Source: Oligoflexia bacterium (GTDB lineage Bacteria; Bdellovibrionota; UBA1018). From it: 64,000 nucleotides of DNA. Shown in pieces: positions 41,212-51,226 of this stretch. The position numbers were made by a program, and so were the translations under genes. Within the stretch, counting starts at the first letter, position 1. Each line of letters starts with the position of its first letter. The stretch lies in contig CAVWVI010000001.1 in the NCBI GenBank assembly GCA_963758495.1, positions 192,001 to 256,000 of the forward strand, read 5' to 3'. The notes under the pieces are model-generated. The model worked only from the letters and a program-made list of their open reading frames with translations, ran no database searches and was not told the DNA's origin.

Positions 41212-41967
41212 CTAATGCGTAAGTAGTTCCTTTAGGTGTGTTGAAGAGGCGTCGGCAAAAAACAAATGGGTGTCATAAGAAGAGGGCCAAAGTCCAATGA
41301 ACTCTTCAACTTTTAACACAGTCTCTTTGTAAGAAATTTTTGAACTTTGATAGGCTTTTCTTGCTTCTGCAGCTTCCCATTCTCCTTGGTGTGCGCTCAT
41401 CCAAATGGGATCTAAATCAAAAGATCGTACTAAAGTCTTCGAATGCTCAAGTAGCTCCGTGAAGTTCGCAAAGCGAGAAGGAAGACCCCACCTGATGCAG
41501 GGATTTTCAGAAACAAATGGAAAGAAGAAGCAAAACACCACTTTTTCATGCCGTTTTAATGGCTGTCTTAATGAATGAAGTTCCCTGAAGTCCTTGCCAA
41601 ATACTTCGACCTCTCGACCTTCTTCTCGTAACTCTGAAGCATAGGCACGAGCCATATCGATACGTCTAAATAGATTCCAGTATCTTCGTGCTCCGTCTAC
41701 TTCTACCCCGCTCAACTTTGCTAGTGGAAAATAGTCTGACAAGGCTTTTGCGTAAGACCAATTTCTACAGCCAATATCTACACATTGACCGATTTCTTGA
41801 GCTAAGGCCCTGGGAATGACTCGAGATAAAGCAAGTTCATAGTACTTTCTTTCCTGAAGTAAAAATTTGGGATGACTTGTTTTAGGAAGTCCCTTGCGAA
41901 GAGCAAATCTGCCTAAGTATTTCTGACGTAAGATGAATTGCAGTTCTTTTAATGAATCCAGCAGCAA
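41212..41967 (-). CDS. Class I SAM-methyltransferase-like hypothetical protein
   Basis: VDIGC and GVEVDG motifs; probable TTG start 8 nt after AGGAG; the longer called N-terminus is MITE sequence. Confidence 0.6.
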   Translation of the reverse strand: MLLDSLKELQFILRQKYLGRFALRKGLPKTSHPKFLLQERKYYELALSRVIPRALAQEIGQCVDIGCRNWSYAKALSDYFPLAKLSGVEVDGARRYWNLFRRIDMARAYASELREEGREVEVFGKDFRELHSLRQPLKRHEKVVFCFFFPFVSENPCIRWGLPSRFANFTELLEHSKTLVRSFDLDPIWMSAHQGEWEAAEARKAYQSSKISYKETVLKVEEFIGLWPSSYDTHLFFADASSTHLKELLTH

Positions 41968-41988
41968 ATTTCTCACTCCTTGATTTTC

Positions 41989-42151
41989 ATTGTGCGCCTG
42001 CCACGAAGGATGAATTGCGAAAATCCATAAAAAACTCAAATACTCATCCAAGCAAAATGACGATATGAGCCCACTCACCATACAGTCATCATAAAGGCGA
42101 TGTTATCATGATGACTTAGCTTGAGTTCATCCTTCGTGGCAGGCGCACAAT
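41989..42151 (-). mobile_element. 163-bp MITE-like element, copy 2 (perfect 26-bp TIR)
   Basis: Reverse complement of 31439-31602 with a few substitutions. Confidence 0.88.
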
Positions 42152-42268
42152 CTAATCTAATTAATAAACTAATAAAATCAAGTAACTAAGACAGAATAAA
42201 ACATTAATACTTGATTTATTGACTCAGGATAAGAAAAGGCTCAAAATAGATCTTACAGAGGAATTAGA

Positions 42269-44008
42269 ATGCTCCAAGAACTCGCTTTATTATTCATTTT
42301 TTTTCTAATGAACGGTGCTTTGGAAAACCGAGCCCTCAGTATTGACTCTGGACTCATCCCACCCCCTCCACCTGCCCCATCGGAAAACAATGTTCAATTA
42401 TACGGAGTCATACCACCTCCCCCAGCAGCTCCTTCGTCAGCAGATCCAGCCAATTCAAATACTTTACCCACAAATAACAGCCCAGGCGATGCAGCTACCC
42501 ATAATGGTGCTGCTGCCAATCAACCAGAAGCAGAAGCTAGCCCCATTAGCCCCGCATTACCCCCTGGAGCACCCGATCCCAATCAAGACTCTACAAGCAA
42601 AGAATCTCATAAACAACGGGGCGGTACGCCTCGCTACAATATCCCCATTGATCCCACTTCAACTGATCAATGTGCGTACTCAGATACAATAGATAACAAG
42701 TACGCCTGTAGCAGCACGCATAATTTGGTCAATACAGCTCAAATGATGAACATGATGGGTCAAATGACTACATCAGCGATGACTTCTTCTGCAGGTCAAG
42801 ATGCACAACAACAAGCTTACAGTGGGGGATTGGCCAATGGCCAACAAGCCTCTATGGACGCTGCTGCTGATCTTCAAGAAAGAACGGGAGAAGCGCAGAT
42901 GGGCTTGGGAATCATGAATGGTATGCTCGCAGCTTATGAGCTTAAAAAATCAAGAGATCATAAAGCTTTTGCAGCACAGCTTCAAAGTGGAGGCAATGCA
43001 AATGCGAATAATCTGGAGATACAAGGACAAAAAACCAGCACACCGACTGTCGTAGATGGTGGCCTCACCCAGGTAGGAAAAAGTATTTTTAATTCTTATG
43101 ACATGGGAGTCAAAGTACAATCAAGCGATACAGATGCTGATGGTAATCTCACTGGCAACGTCGCTAAAGGTGCAGTGGTCAGAGCCATGAAGCAAGTAGG
43201 CCAACGTGCCGCATCAGAACAAATGGAAGCAGCCTCGGCAGCAAGCATGGGAGCAATGATGACAGGAATGAGCGCAGCAAGCCAGGCTGCAAGCGCTGCT
43301 ATGGCTATTCAAGGTGCGCAAGAGCTGAGAAGTCAAGCCAATGCTTTGAATGGGTCATCTTCAACTGGCACCTCAATTGTTCCCCCTAGTTTAAATGCTG
43401 GAAGTGCCGCTACGAGTGGTGCTCCTTCTTCCGCAATGGCTATTACGGGAAACGGAATCAATCCTAATACTGCTGCATCACCCAATCCTAGCCCTACTCC
43501 CGCAAATAATAATCCCAACTTAGGAGGCCCTCTCAATACGAATCCTTTTCCATTGGGCGTACCGGGAGGTCCAACACCGGGAGCCTATACAGCAGCACTA
43601 CCTGAGTCAGCGGGGGGTGGAGCAGGCGGAGGAATTGATGGAGGTGGAAGCACGAGTCCCGCAACGGCAACCTCAGAGGACCCTCAAGCTAAAGCGGATA
43701 AAAATGATGGCGCAGGTTATGAATCAGGAGCCACTCTTGCGGGAGGCAATGGTGGAGGAGGAAAAGGAGGAGACAGTGGGCCCGATCTTTCAAAGCTAGC
43801 AGCCCTATTTGGTGGACCTAAAGAAAAAGATCTTCCTTCCGCAAATGGGATTCTTGACTTCGGAGGGGGCAAAAACTCTCAACCAGGAAGTGGTAGTTTC
43901 CCAGCATTAGGGAAAGAGACCGATATTTTTAAAAGAATCCATGAAACGTATCAGACTGAACAACAAGGAAATGGAAGACTCAGCAATCAATTGAGAGCTG
44001 GAGGATAA
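42269..44008 (+). CDS. Secreted Pro/Ala/Gly/Met-rich protein with C-terminal DIFKRIHETY motif
   Basis: Signal peptide; low-complexity segments; hydrophobic small-residue helices. Confidence 0.7.
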   Translation: MLQELALLFIFFLMNGALENRALSIDSGLIPPPPPAPSENNVQLYGVIPPPPAAPSSADPANSNTLPTNNSPGDAATHNGAAANQPEAEASPISPALPPGAPDPNQDSTSKESHKQRGGTPRYNIPIDPTSTDQCAYSDTIDNKYACSSTHNLVNTAQMMNMMGQMTTSAMTSSAGQDAQQQAYSGGLANGQQASMDAAADLQERTGEAQMGLGIMNGMLAAYELKKSRDHKAFAAQLQSGGNANANNLEIQGQKTSTPTVVDGGLTQVGKSIFNSYDMGVKVQSSDTDADGNLTGNVAKGAVVRAMKQVGQRAASEQMEAASAASMGAMMTGMSAASQAASAAMAIQGAQELRSQANALNGSSSTGTSIVPPSLNAGSAATSGAPSSAMAITGNGINPNTAASPNPSPTPANNNPNLGGPLNTNPFPLGVPGGPTPGAYTAALPESAGGGAGGGIDGGGSTSPATATSEDPQAKADKNDGAGYESGATLAGGNGGGGKGGDSGPDLSKLAALFGGPKEKDLPSANGILDFGGGKNSQPGSGSFPALGKETDIFKRIHETYQTEQQGNGRLSNQLRAGG

Positions 44009-44013
44009 TTTAA

Positions 44014-45351
44014 ATGTTCATAAAGAAAAAAAAAGTTCATTTAAATTACATTAATAATATATTTTATTTATTTAATGTATTCACACTCCTCACTTCATTT
44101 TGTTTCAACTCAATAGTGACCCCAACCTATGCCTTGGCGAACACTGATCCCTGTGCAGGGGTAAACACGAACACCACTAACCTGAACCCAGATAGTCAGT
44201 TAGCCCAAAAAGGTCAGTATTGCCAAGCCGCTCAATCTTACGATTCAGCTTCAAAAACAGATAAAATTTTAATGGCAACCTGGGCAGGGGTAGCTGGAAT
44301 CTGCCTCATTCAGTGTGCTAACAAAGCGGCAGTGTTATCCGCTTATCAAGTATGTACGGTTGCACAAGCAGGAGCAGGCATTACCGAAGGAATACTCACT
44401 AAAGATTTGGCCAACACGTTTCAATCCCTCTCGGGTGTTGGAATGACATTATTGATGGGTAATCAGAATTCCGCTGGTGCCAAAACTGCTGGAGAAGACG
44501 CAGGAAAAACAGCGACAAAGTCAGCGGACATTATGGCTTGCATGGATGCCGCGATGGCTGCAGTCCAAGTCTATACAGAACATAGTGCCATGGTCAGTGA
44601 CTCAAATCTGGCAGCCCAAAATCGAACGTATGCAACTCAAATTCAAAATTCTTCGGCTAACTCGAATCTCACAGCGAGTCTGAGTGGCGCAGCGGCAACG
44701 GCCACCACCCTTCAAAATACTCTTCCCATAAGCACCACCGGAGGTGGAGGCGCTGGAGCTACGGCGAGTTCGGGCAGTGCTGCGGCAACTGCCTGTTCAG
44801 GCGCATCCTCTTCGAGTGGTAATACCAGTCTCCTTGAATGCGCCGTAGCCAGTGATTCAAACCTTCCAGGCGGGGTGAATTCTTCAAATTTTGCAAATGA
44901 TTTAAAAAATAACGGTATAAACTTGGGAGATTTAATGAATAAATCCCCCGAACAAGCATTAGCAACTGCGGCGATGGAGGGTGGTTTTAATCCTGAACAA
45001 TCCACCGAAATTATGGCTGCCCTAGATACCTTGGATCAAGGCATGATGGCAAGTGATGATACCCCCATGGATACTGCTGGCGGATACACCGCAAGTGGTG
45101 GGGGTGGCGCTAAAAAAGGCAACGAAGGAGATCCCGCCATGAATGCTCTTTTAGATAGCATGATGCAAAAGTTTGGCATGAAAAAGGGACAAAAACTAGA
45201 AGAGCACTTAGACGGTATGGGCACTGTGATCTATGCCAATAAAACACGATCACCCGCTTCTATTGTTGAAGATAAAACGATCAGCATCTTTGATCGAGTC
45301 TCATTCCGATATTACTTTTTTGGTGAAAAATTGGCAAAAATGGGAAATTAA
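44014..45351 (+). CDS. Secreted Ala/Gly/Ser-rich, Cys-containing protein with RSPAS and C-terminal SIFDRVSFRY motifs
   Basis: Signal peptide ending ALA; CxxxC in a hydrophobic helix. Confidence 0.7.
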   Translation: MFIKKKKVHLNYINNIFYLFNVFTLLTSFCFNSIVTPTYALANTDPCAGVNTNTTNLNPDSQLAQKGQYCQAAQSYDSASKTDKILMATWAGVAGICLIQCANKAAVLSAYQVCTVAQAGAGITEGILTKDLANTFQSLSGVGMTLLMGNQNSAGAKTAGEDAGKTATKSADIMACMDAAMAAVQVYTEHSAMVSDSNLAAQNRTYATQIQNSSANSNLTASLSGAAATATTLQNTLPISTTGGGGAGATASSGSAAATACSGASSSSGNTSLLECAVASDSNLPGGVNSSNFANDLKNNGINLGDLMNKSPEQALATAAMEGGFNPEQSTEIMAALDTLDQGMMASDDTPMDTAGGYTASGGGGAKKGNEGDPAMNALLDSMMQKFGMKKGQKLEEHLDGMGTVIYANKTRSPASIVEDKTISIFDRVSFRYYFFGEKLAKMGN

Positions 45352-45376
45352 GGATAAAAAAACCTAGATTTAAATT

Positions 45377-47089
45377 TCATGGGTTTTTATTTTTATCATT
45401 TGATAACCCATTTAAAGCTCGATTAAGTGGAGTTACCCATTCGAGTTTTACAACTTTATCTTGAGACTGATTAATTTTTGAAGAAACAATCTGAAAAATG
45501 GAATTTTTAGAGTCTGAATGCCATATATCCAACGACGAAGCAGTGGTTGCAGCAGGCTTTCTTTCAGAAAACACCACTTCTTTTCCGGAAGCGGCGGCTG
45601 CAGGCTTTTCCTTATCAGCAAATAATTTACTCAAGGGATTATCTTTTTTCCCGGTGTCTTTAGCTGCTCCGCCCCCAGAGTAACCCCCTGTGCTGTCTCC
45701 AGAGTAAGAAATCCCCCCCCCCAGAGCGGCGGCGTCGATGTTTTTTAAACTCGCTGCTGCGTCTCCGGTGAGTCCCAGAGCAGCACTAATTGCAGCACCA
45801 GGTGGCATGGAGGATAAATTACTAGCTAAAGCGTCCATACTGGTTCCCATACCCTTCAGGGCATTTGGGAAACTGCCATCATTAGGGATGGCACTAAAAA
45901 CCTTACCCAGCGGCCCTGCAGTCGCTGCTGCTAGTTGTCCTGAGGGGAAAGCTGTGTCATTACCTGCCACTGCGTCCGCAGCACTCTTATTATCGCCCAC
46001 ATTGACTGCATTTTGAGTCATTGTAGTGGCCGCAGGGCCTCCTGCAGAGTCCCCATTGATATAAGATCCAGATTGAGATGCTATTGCAGCACTGGCGTAG
46101 GATTGTATGGTGGTACATTCTTGGGCGACGCTCTGGTCTATCTTTGTTTTGTTTTCGTATTTTAGGGCGGCGACTGTGACGATGAAAGCTGCGTTGGCGC
46201 ACGCAAGTACCTTTCCCGCAACTGTATTTTTCAAACCCGCTGCAGCTTTTTCTCCTGCTTGTTTTGCCGCCAAACTTGCTCCTTCTGAAGCCTGTTCTGC
46301 AGCATTTGCGGCCTCTGCGAGATCAGCAGCTTGTTTTGTCGCTACTTTTGCCGCTGATTTTGCTCCTTCTGAAGCCGATTCTGAGGCAGCATCTACGCCG
46401 GCATCACTCGCTTTTTCTGCCGCTGCTTTTGCCGCTGATTTTGCTGCTACTGAAGCCTGTTTTGCGGCATCTGCGGCACCTGCGGCATCACTCGCTTGTT
46501 GTGCCAATGCTTTGGCTGCAGCACTAGATGCCCTTCCAGCCCACGCTGCGCCGGCCCCCATGGCCGCACCCCCTGCCGCCCCCACCGGTGCCATCACTAC
46601 ACTCGCTTTGGCAAGTGAGTTATTATCCCAGAATTGGCTGAAGTTATCACCACTGATCTTAATATCGGCTGCAATTTCAACCGCTATTGATGCCAGGGCT
46701 GATCCCATACAGGCTGCTCCAGCGGCCGTTTGTCCTGCGCCTGTCACATCAGCCATTTCTGCAACGCAAAGTCCGGTACAAACCGCAGCAGAAGCTCCGA
46801 AAGCATAAATCGTATTCATTTGTTGATTGCTAGCGCTTTTGAGTTCGCTCCATGCGGAAACATGGGGTCCAACGGCCTGCCAGTCAGAAACAATTTGACA
46901 GCCTGATGTTCCAGCGGGAGCATTCTGGCATTTACTCAAGCTAGCCGCAATCTGATCGCAGGTCATGGTTGACGCGGGTAAGGTGGCCGGATCTGAGTAA
47001 CTTGAATAAGAAAAAATACTTATTGGGAAAATCAATAATAATACTTGAAAAATGACCTGAAGGTAGAAGTTGAGAAATCTATATATCAT
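45377..47089 (-). CDS. Secreted Ala-rich, Cys-containing protein with RKPAA and SIFQIVSSKI motifs
   Basis: Signal peptide; CxxxC helix; Ala/Lys repeats. Confidence 0.7.
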   Translation of the reverse strand: MIYRFLNFYLQVIFQVLLLIFPISIFSYSSYSDPATLPASTMTCDQIAASLSKCQNAPAGTSGCQIVSDWQAVGPHVSAWSELKSASNQQMNTIYAFGASAAVCTGLCVAEMADVTGAGQTAAGAACMGSALASIAVEIAADIKISGDNFSQFWDNNSLAKASVVMAPVGAAGGAAMGAGAAWAGRASSAAAKALAQQASDAAGAADAAKQASVAAKSAAKAAAEKASDAGVDAASESASEGAKSAAKVATKQAADLAEAANAAEQASEGASLAAKQAGEKAAAGLKNTVAGKVLACANAAFIVTVAALKYENKTKIDQSVAQECTTIQSYASAAIASQSGSYINGDSAGGPAATTMTQNAVNVGDNKSAADAVAGNDTAFPSGQLAAATAGPLGKVFSAIPNDGSFPNALKGMGTSMDALASNLSSMPPGAAISAALGLTGDAAASLKNIDAAALGGGISYSGDSTGGYSGGGAAKDTGKKDNPLSKLFADKEKPAAAASGKEVVFSERKPAATTASSLDIWHSDSKNSIFQIVSSKINQSQDKVVKLEWVTPLNRALNGLSNDKNKNP

Positions 47090-47285
47090 GCTACTTCTTC
47101 GGAAGAAATCTTGATTTAATTGAGTAATTTCTGCGCTTCGTGCGAGGTTCTGCGTTATGTCAGGTTTACAATATGAGACGATTTTATAAAATACTTGCCC
47201 AGTCAGTAAAAATAGGGTTCAAGAGGCTTGCTTTAGCTATCTAAGAGCGGTAACACTACCCGTACAACCGGTCTATTTGAAAAAT

Positions 47286-47361
47286 GGGGCATTAGCTCAG
47301 TTGGTAGAGTACTTCCATGGCATGGAAGGGGTCAACGGTTCGAATCCGTTATGCTCCACCA
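47286..47361 (+). tRNA. tRNA-Ala (anticodon GGC)
   Basis: GGGGCAT/ATGCTCC acceptor stem with G3:U70, CTTCC-ATGGCAT-GGAAG anticodon arm, encoded CCA. Confidence 0.95.
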
Positions 47362-47446
47362 TTTTTCAAGTGCCTAAAATCATTTAGAAAACCATGTAAT
47401 AAAATCGCCTTTTAAGGAACTGCTTACAATAGACAAAAAGCTGAAC

Positions 47447-48712
47447 ATGGGTACTATGCGACTATTCAATGAGAGCCATGAAGAACTTAAAGTTTTGAAA
47501 GATACCCCTCGATTTTTAAAACGGCTAAAATGGGATGGTTTTTGGGGTTTAATTTTATTACCTCTCCTTTTTCAAATTTTTCAAAGCATGGATGTGAATG
47601 CGGCTCCTCATCCGGATGAGCCAGTTCAAGGAGAGGGGGACACGGCAGAGTCTATTCTTTGGGCAGCCAAAAACCAGAGAGTTTCTTTAGCCAAAAAGTT
47701 GCTCGATCATGGTTTAGATCCGAATTATGCTGGCGAAAACGGCGAGACTCCTCTGATGTGGGCTTCAATCCATGGTAACGTGGAGCTACTTAACGATCTA
47801 TTGAAGCATGGAGCAAATTTAGATCAAGAATATTCAAATGGATTCAGAGCCCTCGCATACGCTACATTTAACGAACACCTTGAAGCAGTGAAGGCACTTC
47901 TGAACGCGGGGGCAAAGGTAAATGCGGCAGATGACGAGGGAATGACCGCACTTCATATTGCAGCGGGTGTGGGTTCCGTTCCCATCACTCAAGCCTTGTT
48001 GGAAAAAGGAGCCGACCCTATGCAAACTAATACGCTAGGACGGACCCCCTATTATTATTCAAATATAAATTACTGTAAGAAACTAAAAGTCCTTTTTCAA
48101 CCACTCCCGAATCTCCCGGACGTAGAGAGATTTCGAAATCCAGAGCTGCTGGAAGAGCTGGACCAATCCGATCATGAGACTTATCACCAGCATCCGAACA
48201 AGGTGGCGGAGCTCTTGTTTAAATATGGAGCTACTCGAGTCGCTGAAACAGGAACTTTAAAGAAAAAGACATTCATTGATTCACCTTGTCTCGACATCAC
48301 GAAAGCAACAATCAACAGTTCAGACCAGCTGAAATCATTGTCAGAATTTATTAGTAAGATTTCTTCTGGTGAACTTTCCGATTTAGCGACGACTCCTTTG
48401 ATGGCCGCTTCATATATGGGTAAATTACAGTTCGTTAAGGATCTCTTGCATCACCATGGGGTAAACTTAGATCAGGAAAATTCAACTGGTTCCAGAGCCC
48501 TCTCATTTGCCGCACTCAATGGACACATTGAAATCGTACAGGAGCTTTTAAATGCGGGCGCGGATATGAATCATATCAATAAAATAGAGAAATCTGCTTT
48601 ATACTACGCTTTGCTCAAAAATACGGATGATCATGAGACACTCAATAGAAAAGAGGCAGTAGCACATCTCCTTTTGGATTTGGGTGCCGAGCACCCTTCA
48701 AATTCTCACTGA
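47447..48712 (+). CDS. Ankyrin-repeat protein with N-terminal hydrophobic/signal segment
   Basis: GETPLMWA, GMTALHIAA and TPLMAA..LL..GA repeats in two blocks. Confidence 0.9.
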   Translation: MGTMRLFNESHEELKVLKDTPRFLKRLKWDGFWGLILLPLLFQIFQSMDVNAAPHPDEPVQGEGDTAESILWAAKNQRVSLAKKLLDHGLDPNYAGENGETPLMWASIHGNVELLNDLLKHGANLDQEYSNGFRALAYATFNEHLEAVKALLNAGAKVNAADDEGMTALHIAAGVGSVPITQALLEKGADPMQTNTLGRTPYYYSNINYCKKLKVLFQPLPNLPDVERFRNPELLEELDQSDHETYHQHPNKVAELLFKYGATRVAETGTLKKKTFIDSPCLDITKATINSSDQLKSLSEFISKISSGELSDLATTPLMAASYMGKLQFVKDLLHHHGVNLDQENSTGSRALSFAALNGHIEIVQELLNAGADMNHINKIEKSALYYALLKNTDDHETLNRKEAVAHLLLDLGAEHPSNSH

Positions 48713-49152
48713 TATGAGGCCCCATCCAAAACTCCCTTCTCGTATGGGGGTAACTCTTCGAATGAAGGTAGCTCAAAGCTCATATTTTGAGAAACATTTT
48801 GAACATCACCCATGAATTTCTCAAGTAAGTTAAATTGAGAAACGGGAGATTTCGCAGCATAGCATTGCCAATTCGTTTTTTTGGCTTCTACAGTGAAATC
48901 GCGGTGATATTTTTTCTCATGTCTTTTCAGATGGGTATACATAGGGAAGACTTTTGTACATCCAGGAGCTAGGCATTTAAAAAAACCCTTTCTATTTGAA
49001 CTTTTTATGAATTCTCTTTTACTCTGATGCTCTGAAGAAATAACAGGATTTTCATTGTTATCTACCGCAAGAACTTCACTCGTTTCTGCTCGCGCATTTA
49101 GACCCGAGAAAACTACAAGACCAGCCAATAAAACATAATTTATTTTATTCAT
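48706..49152 (-). CDS. Secreted protein with a classical C2H2 zinc finger
   Basis: Signal peptide ending ARA; FKCLAPGCTKVFPMYTHLKRHEKKYH fits C-x4-C-x3-F-x5-L-x2-H-x4-H. Confidence 0.75.
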   Translation of the reverse strand: MNKINYVLLAGLVVFSGLNARAETSEVLAVDNNENPVISSEHQSKREFIKSSNRKGFFKCLAPGCTKVFPMYTHLKRHEKKYHRDFTVEAKKTNWQCYAAKSPVSQFNLLEKFMGDVQNVSQNMSFELPSFEELPPYEKGVLDGASYQ

Positions 49153-49351
49153 ACTTACTATACAATAAGCAACTTCGATGCCTAATATTTATCTAAAAAT
49201 AACGAATACATAAAGAAATAAGAGACAGATCAGATCTCAATATAATCTCTACAGATGGCAAACTGCTTGACAGGTTATAAATTTATTTAATTTAATAACT
49301 AACTATAACATAGAATTTGCACTTCCAATCCTCCTACCAGGAGGACATCCC

Positions 49352-49888
49352 ATGACCCAGCACATAAGAAGATCATTTATTTTTAATTTAAAAATGCGTT
49401 CCAACCGGGTGGCTCGATTTCAAACTCAACTCGCAATTGCTACCTTAGTCGCTTGCTTTTCCAGTCTATCTGTTCATTCTGAAAATAATAATACTCAGAA
49501 TTCGAGTCAACCCCAGGTGCAAATGATTCAAAATATCTTAAATCATCCAAACCATTTCTTAGGAAAGAAAATTACCTTAAATGGAAAGGTAGAACGAGTT
49601 CTGGACCCTAGAACCTTTGTAATGAGTGCAAACGAAGACTCAAGTCGGCGGATTCTTGTCGTAACAGCAACTCCCCGTATTTACCGCGCTGATCAACAAC
49701 CAGGATTACTAGGGCCTCCCTTGCAAGATGATGAGAAAGTACAAGTCACGGGTAATTTACAAATGCTGATGGTAAGCACTGTAGCAGATACATTGGGTCC
49801 TAAAAAAGGCCAGGAACCACTCGAACAAATCACAACTCGGACTCCAGTGGTTGTCATTCAATCAGGCACACTTCATATACAAGAATAA
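49352..49888 (+). CDS. Exported hypothetical protein (OB-fold-like)
   Basis: AGGAGG RBS; I..IL..P..F.GKKITL.GKV pattern. Confidence 0.6.
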   Translation: MTQHIRRSFIFNLKMRSNRVARFQTQLAIATLVACFSSLSVHSENNNTQNSSQPQVQMIQNILNHPNHFLGKKITLNGKVERVLDPRTFVMSANEDSSRRILVVTATPRIYRADQQPGLLGPPLQDDEKVQVTGNLQMLMVSTVADTLGPKKGQEPLEQITTRTPVVVIQSGTLHIQE

Positions 49889-49920
49889 TATGTGTATTTT
49901 CAAATAGTTATATAATAAGT

Positions 49921-49956
49921 TGTAAACAATTGTAAAGATTTGTAAATCACTGTAAA
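49921..49956 (+). repeat. Four TGTAAA hexamers at exact 10-bp spacing
   Basis: TGTAAA at 49921, 49931, 49941 and 49951. Confidence 0.8.
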
Positions 49957-49991
49957 GTAGATCATCCCTGACTTTCATTTCGGACTCGAAG

Positions 49992-50363
49992 GTGAATGAA
50001 CTTCAACCACTTGCTGGAGTTTATGACTTGAGGCGAATCCAAGGCATCGATGCCTACGGAGTCATGACATTACTTTGCTCCATCAAGGCACACCTCAAGG
50101 AGTCAAACAAAAATAGCGTATATCTTCTTGTAGATGACACGCCATTTTGCAGCTATTTGGATTCCATAGGCTTTTTCACAGAAGTAGAGCGAGCACATGC
50201 CGGGCGCGTTTCATGGGATACCTCTGCGATAAAAAAAGTAAATATGACTCGGTTTGCCGTTATTCTTCCGTTGCACCTCGTCGGGTGTAGAGGAGCTGAA
50301 AAGAAGCTTCTGGACGACCTATACGACCCTCTCCTGAGGCAAGGGTTTTTGGAGACCTCATGA
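49992..50363 (+). pseudogene. STAS-like N-terminal fragment, probably a truncated STAS-HATPase gene
   Basis: DL..I..IDAYG...L and YL..IGFF patterns; 4-bp overlap with the downstream gene; no ATPase domain. Confidence 0.4.
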
Positions 50364-50638
50364 AAGAAGTATTAATGAATAGATTTGGTAGAACTCTTAC
50401 AGACCGTGAATACGGGAAGAGCGTTGCAAATACTCTGGTGCAAGAAAATGAATTTCCGTTAACGCTTGATTTCAGAGGAGTCATGTCACTGGGGTCGTCC
50501 TGTGGAGATGAGATTCTAAGTGCTCTCACACCAAAACAAAACTCCACCGTTCAAATAATAAACGCTAATCAAGCCATAAAGTCGTGTCTTCAGAAAGTGG
50601 CTGAAGATTTGAAAGTTACAATCAAGTTTTTAGGTTAA
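50360..50638 (+). CDS. STAS-like DUF4325-type small protein
   Basis: L..RE.G, LDF.GV..LGSS..DE, I.N.N..I patterns. Confidence 0.7.
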   Translation: MKEVLMNRFGRTLTDREYGKSVANTLVQENEFPLTLDFRGVMSLGSSCGDEILSALTPKQNSTVQIINANQAIKSCLQKVAEDLKVTIKFLG

Positions 50639-50662
50639 TCCTAAAAAAAATAGAATCAGCCT

Positions 50663-51226
50663 TCAGGCTCGTAACCTAAAGGCCTTCAATTCCGCTACCC
50701 TCTTCCACTCGTTTTTCTCTTCGTCCGTAGAAGGCACATGCTGGACCACAGAAGTAGATTTACCCAATGAATCTACGGCTACCAGATTAAAATATCCACA
50801 CGCCGCATGTTCACTCGTTTTTTGAATTGGATCTTCTGAGAAAAGATCCACCTTGACAGTGACTGAGGTATTTCCAGTGTAAACAATCTGCCCCTTTAGA
50901 TCGACAATGCTTCCCACCTTGACAGGAAGAAAACAATCCACTTGGTCGGCCCCTACCAAAACCACGGATTGATTTGAAAACCGAGTAGCCGTGAGAAAAG
51001 CTGCGCGCACCATGAGCGCCATCATATTTCCGGCAAATAGAGTTCCGTAGTGATTGGTTGCATCAGGAAAAACAATGTCTGTCATCCGAAGGATTTTGGG
51101 ATTTCTACCCTCAGAGTTTTTATCCTTAGAACTTTTATCAGAACTTTTATCGTCGAAACTTTTAGCGAAACTTTTGGTGTCGAGAGAACCTGCCTTTTCC
51201 GCTCTCTCTAATTCAGCGTTACTCAC
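50663..51226 (-). CDS. Acyl-CoA thioesterase (hotdog fold, YciA-like)
   Basis: VFP..TNHYGTLFAG, PV.VG, YTGNTS.TV. Confidence 0.85.
   Translation of the reverse strand: MSNAELERAEKAGSLDTKSFAKSFDDKSSDKSSKDKNSEGRNPKILRMTDIVFPDATNHYGTLFAGNMMALMVRAAFLTATRFSNQSVVLVGADQVDCFLPVKVGSIVDLKGQIVYTGNTSVTVKVDLFSEDPIQKTSEHAACGYFNLVAVDSLGKSTSVVQHVPSTDEEKNEWKRVAELKAFRLRA

Noticed and set aside
41968..42081. N-terminal extension of ORF 41212..42081
   Set aside because: Mostly encoded by MITE copy 2; a TTG with an AGGAG RBS at 41967 is the more plausible start.
46107..46808. 233-aa plus-strand ORF
   Set aside because: Antisense shadow of the Ala-rich gene 45377..47089.
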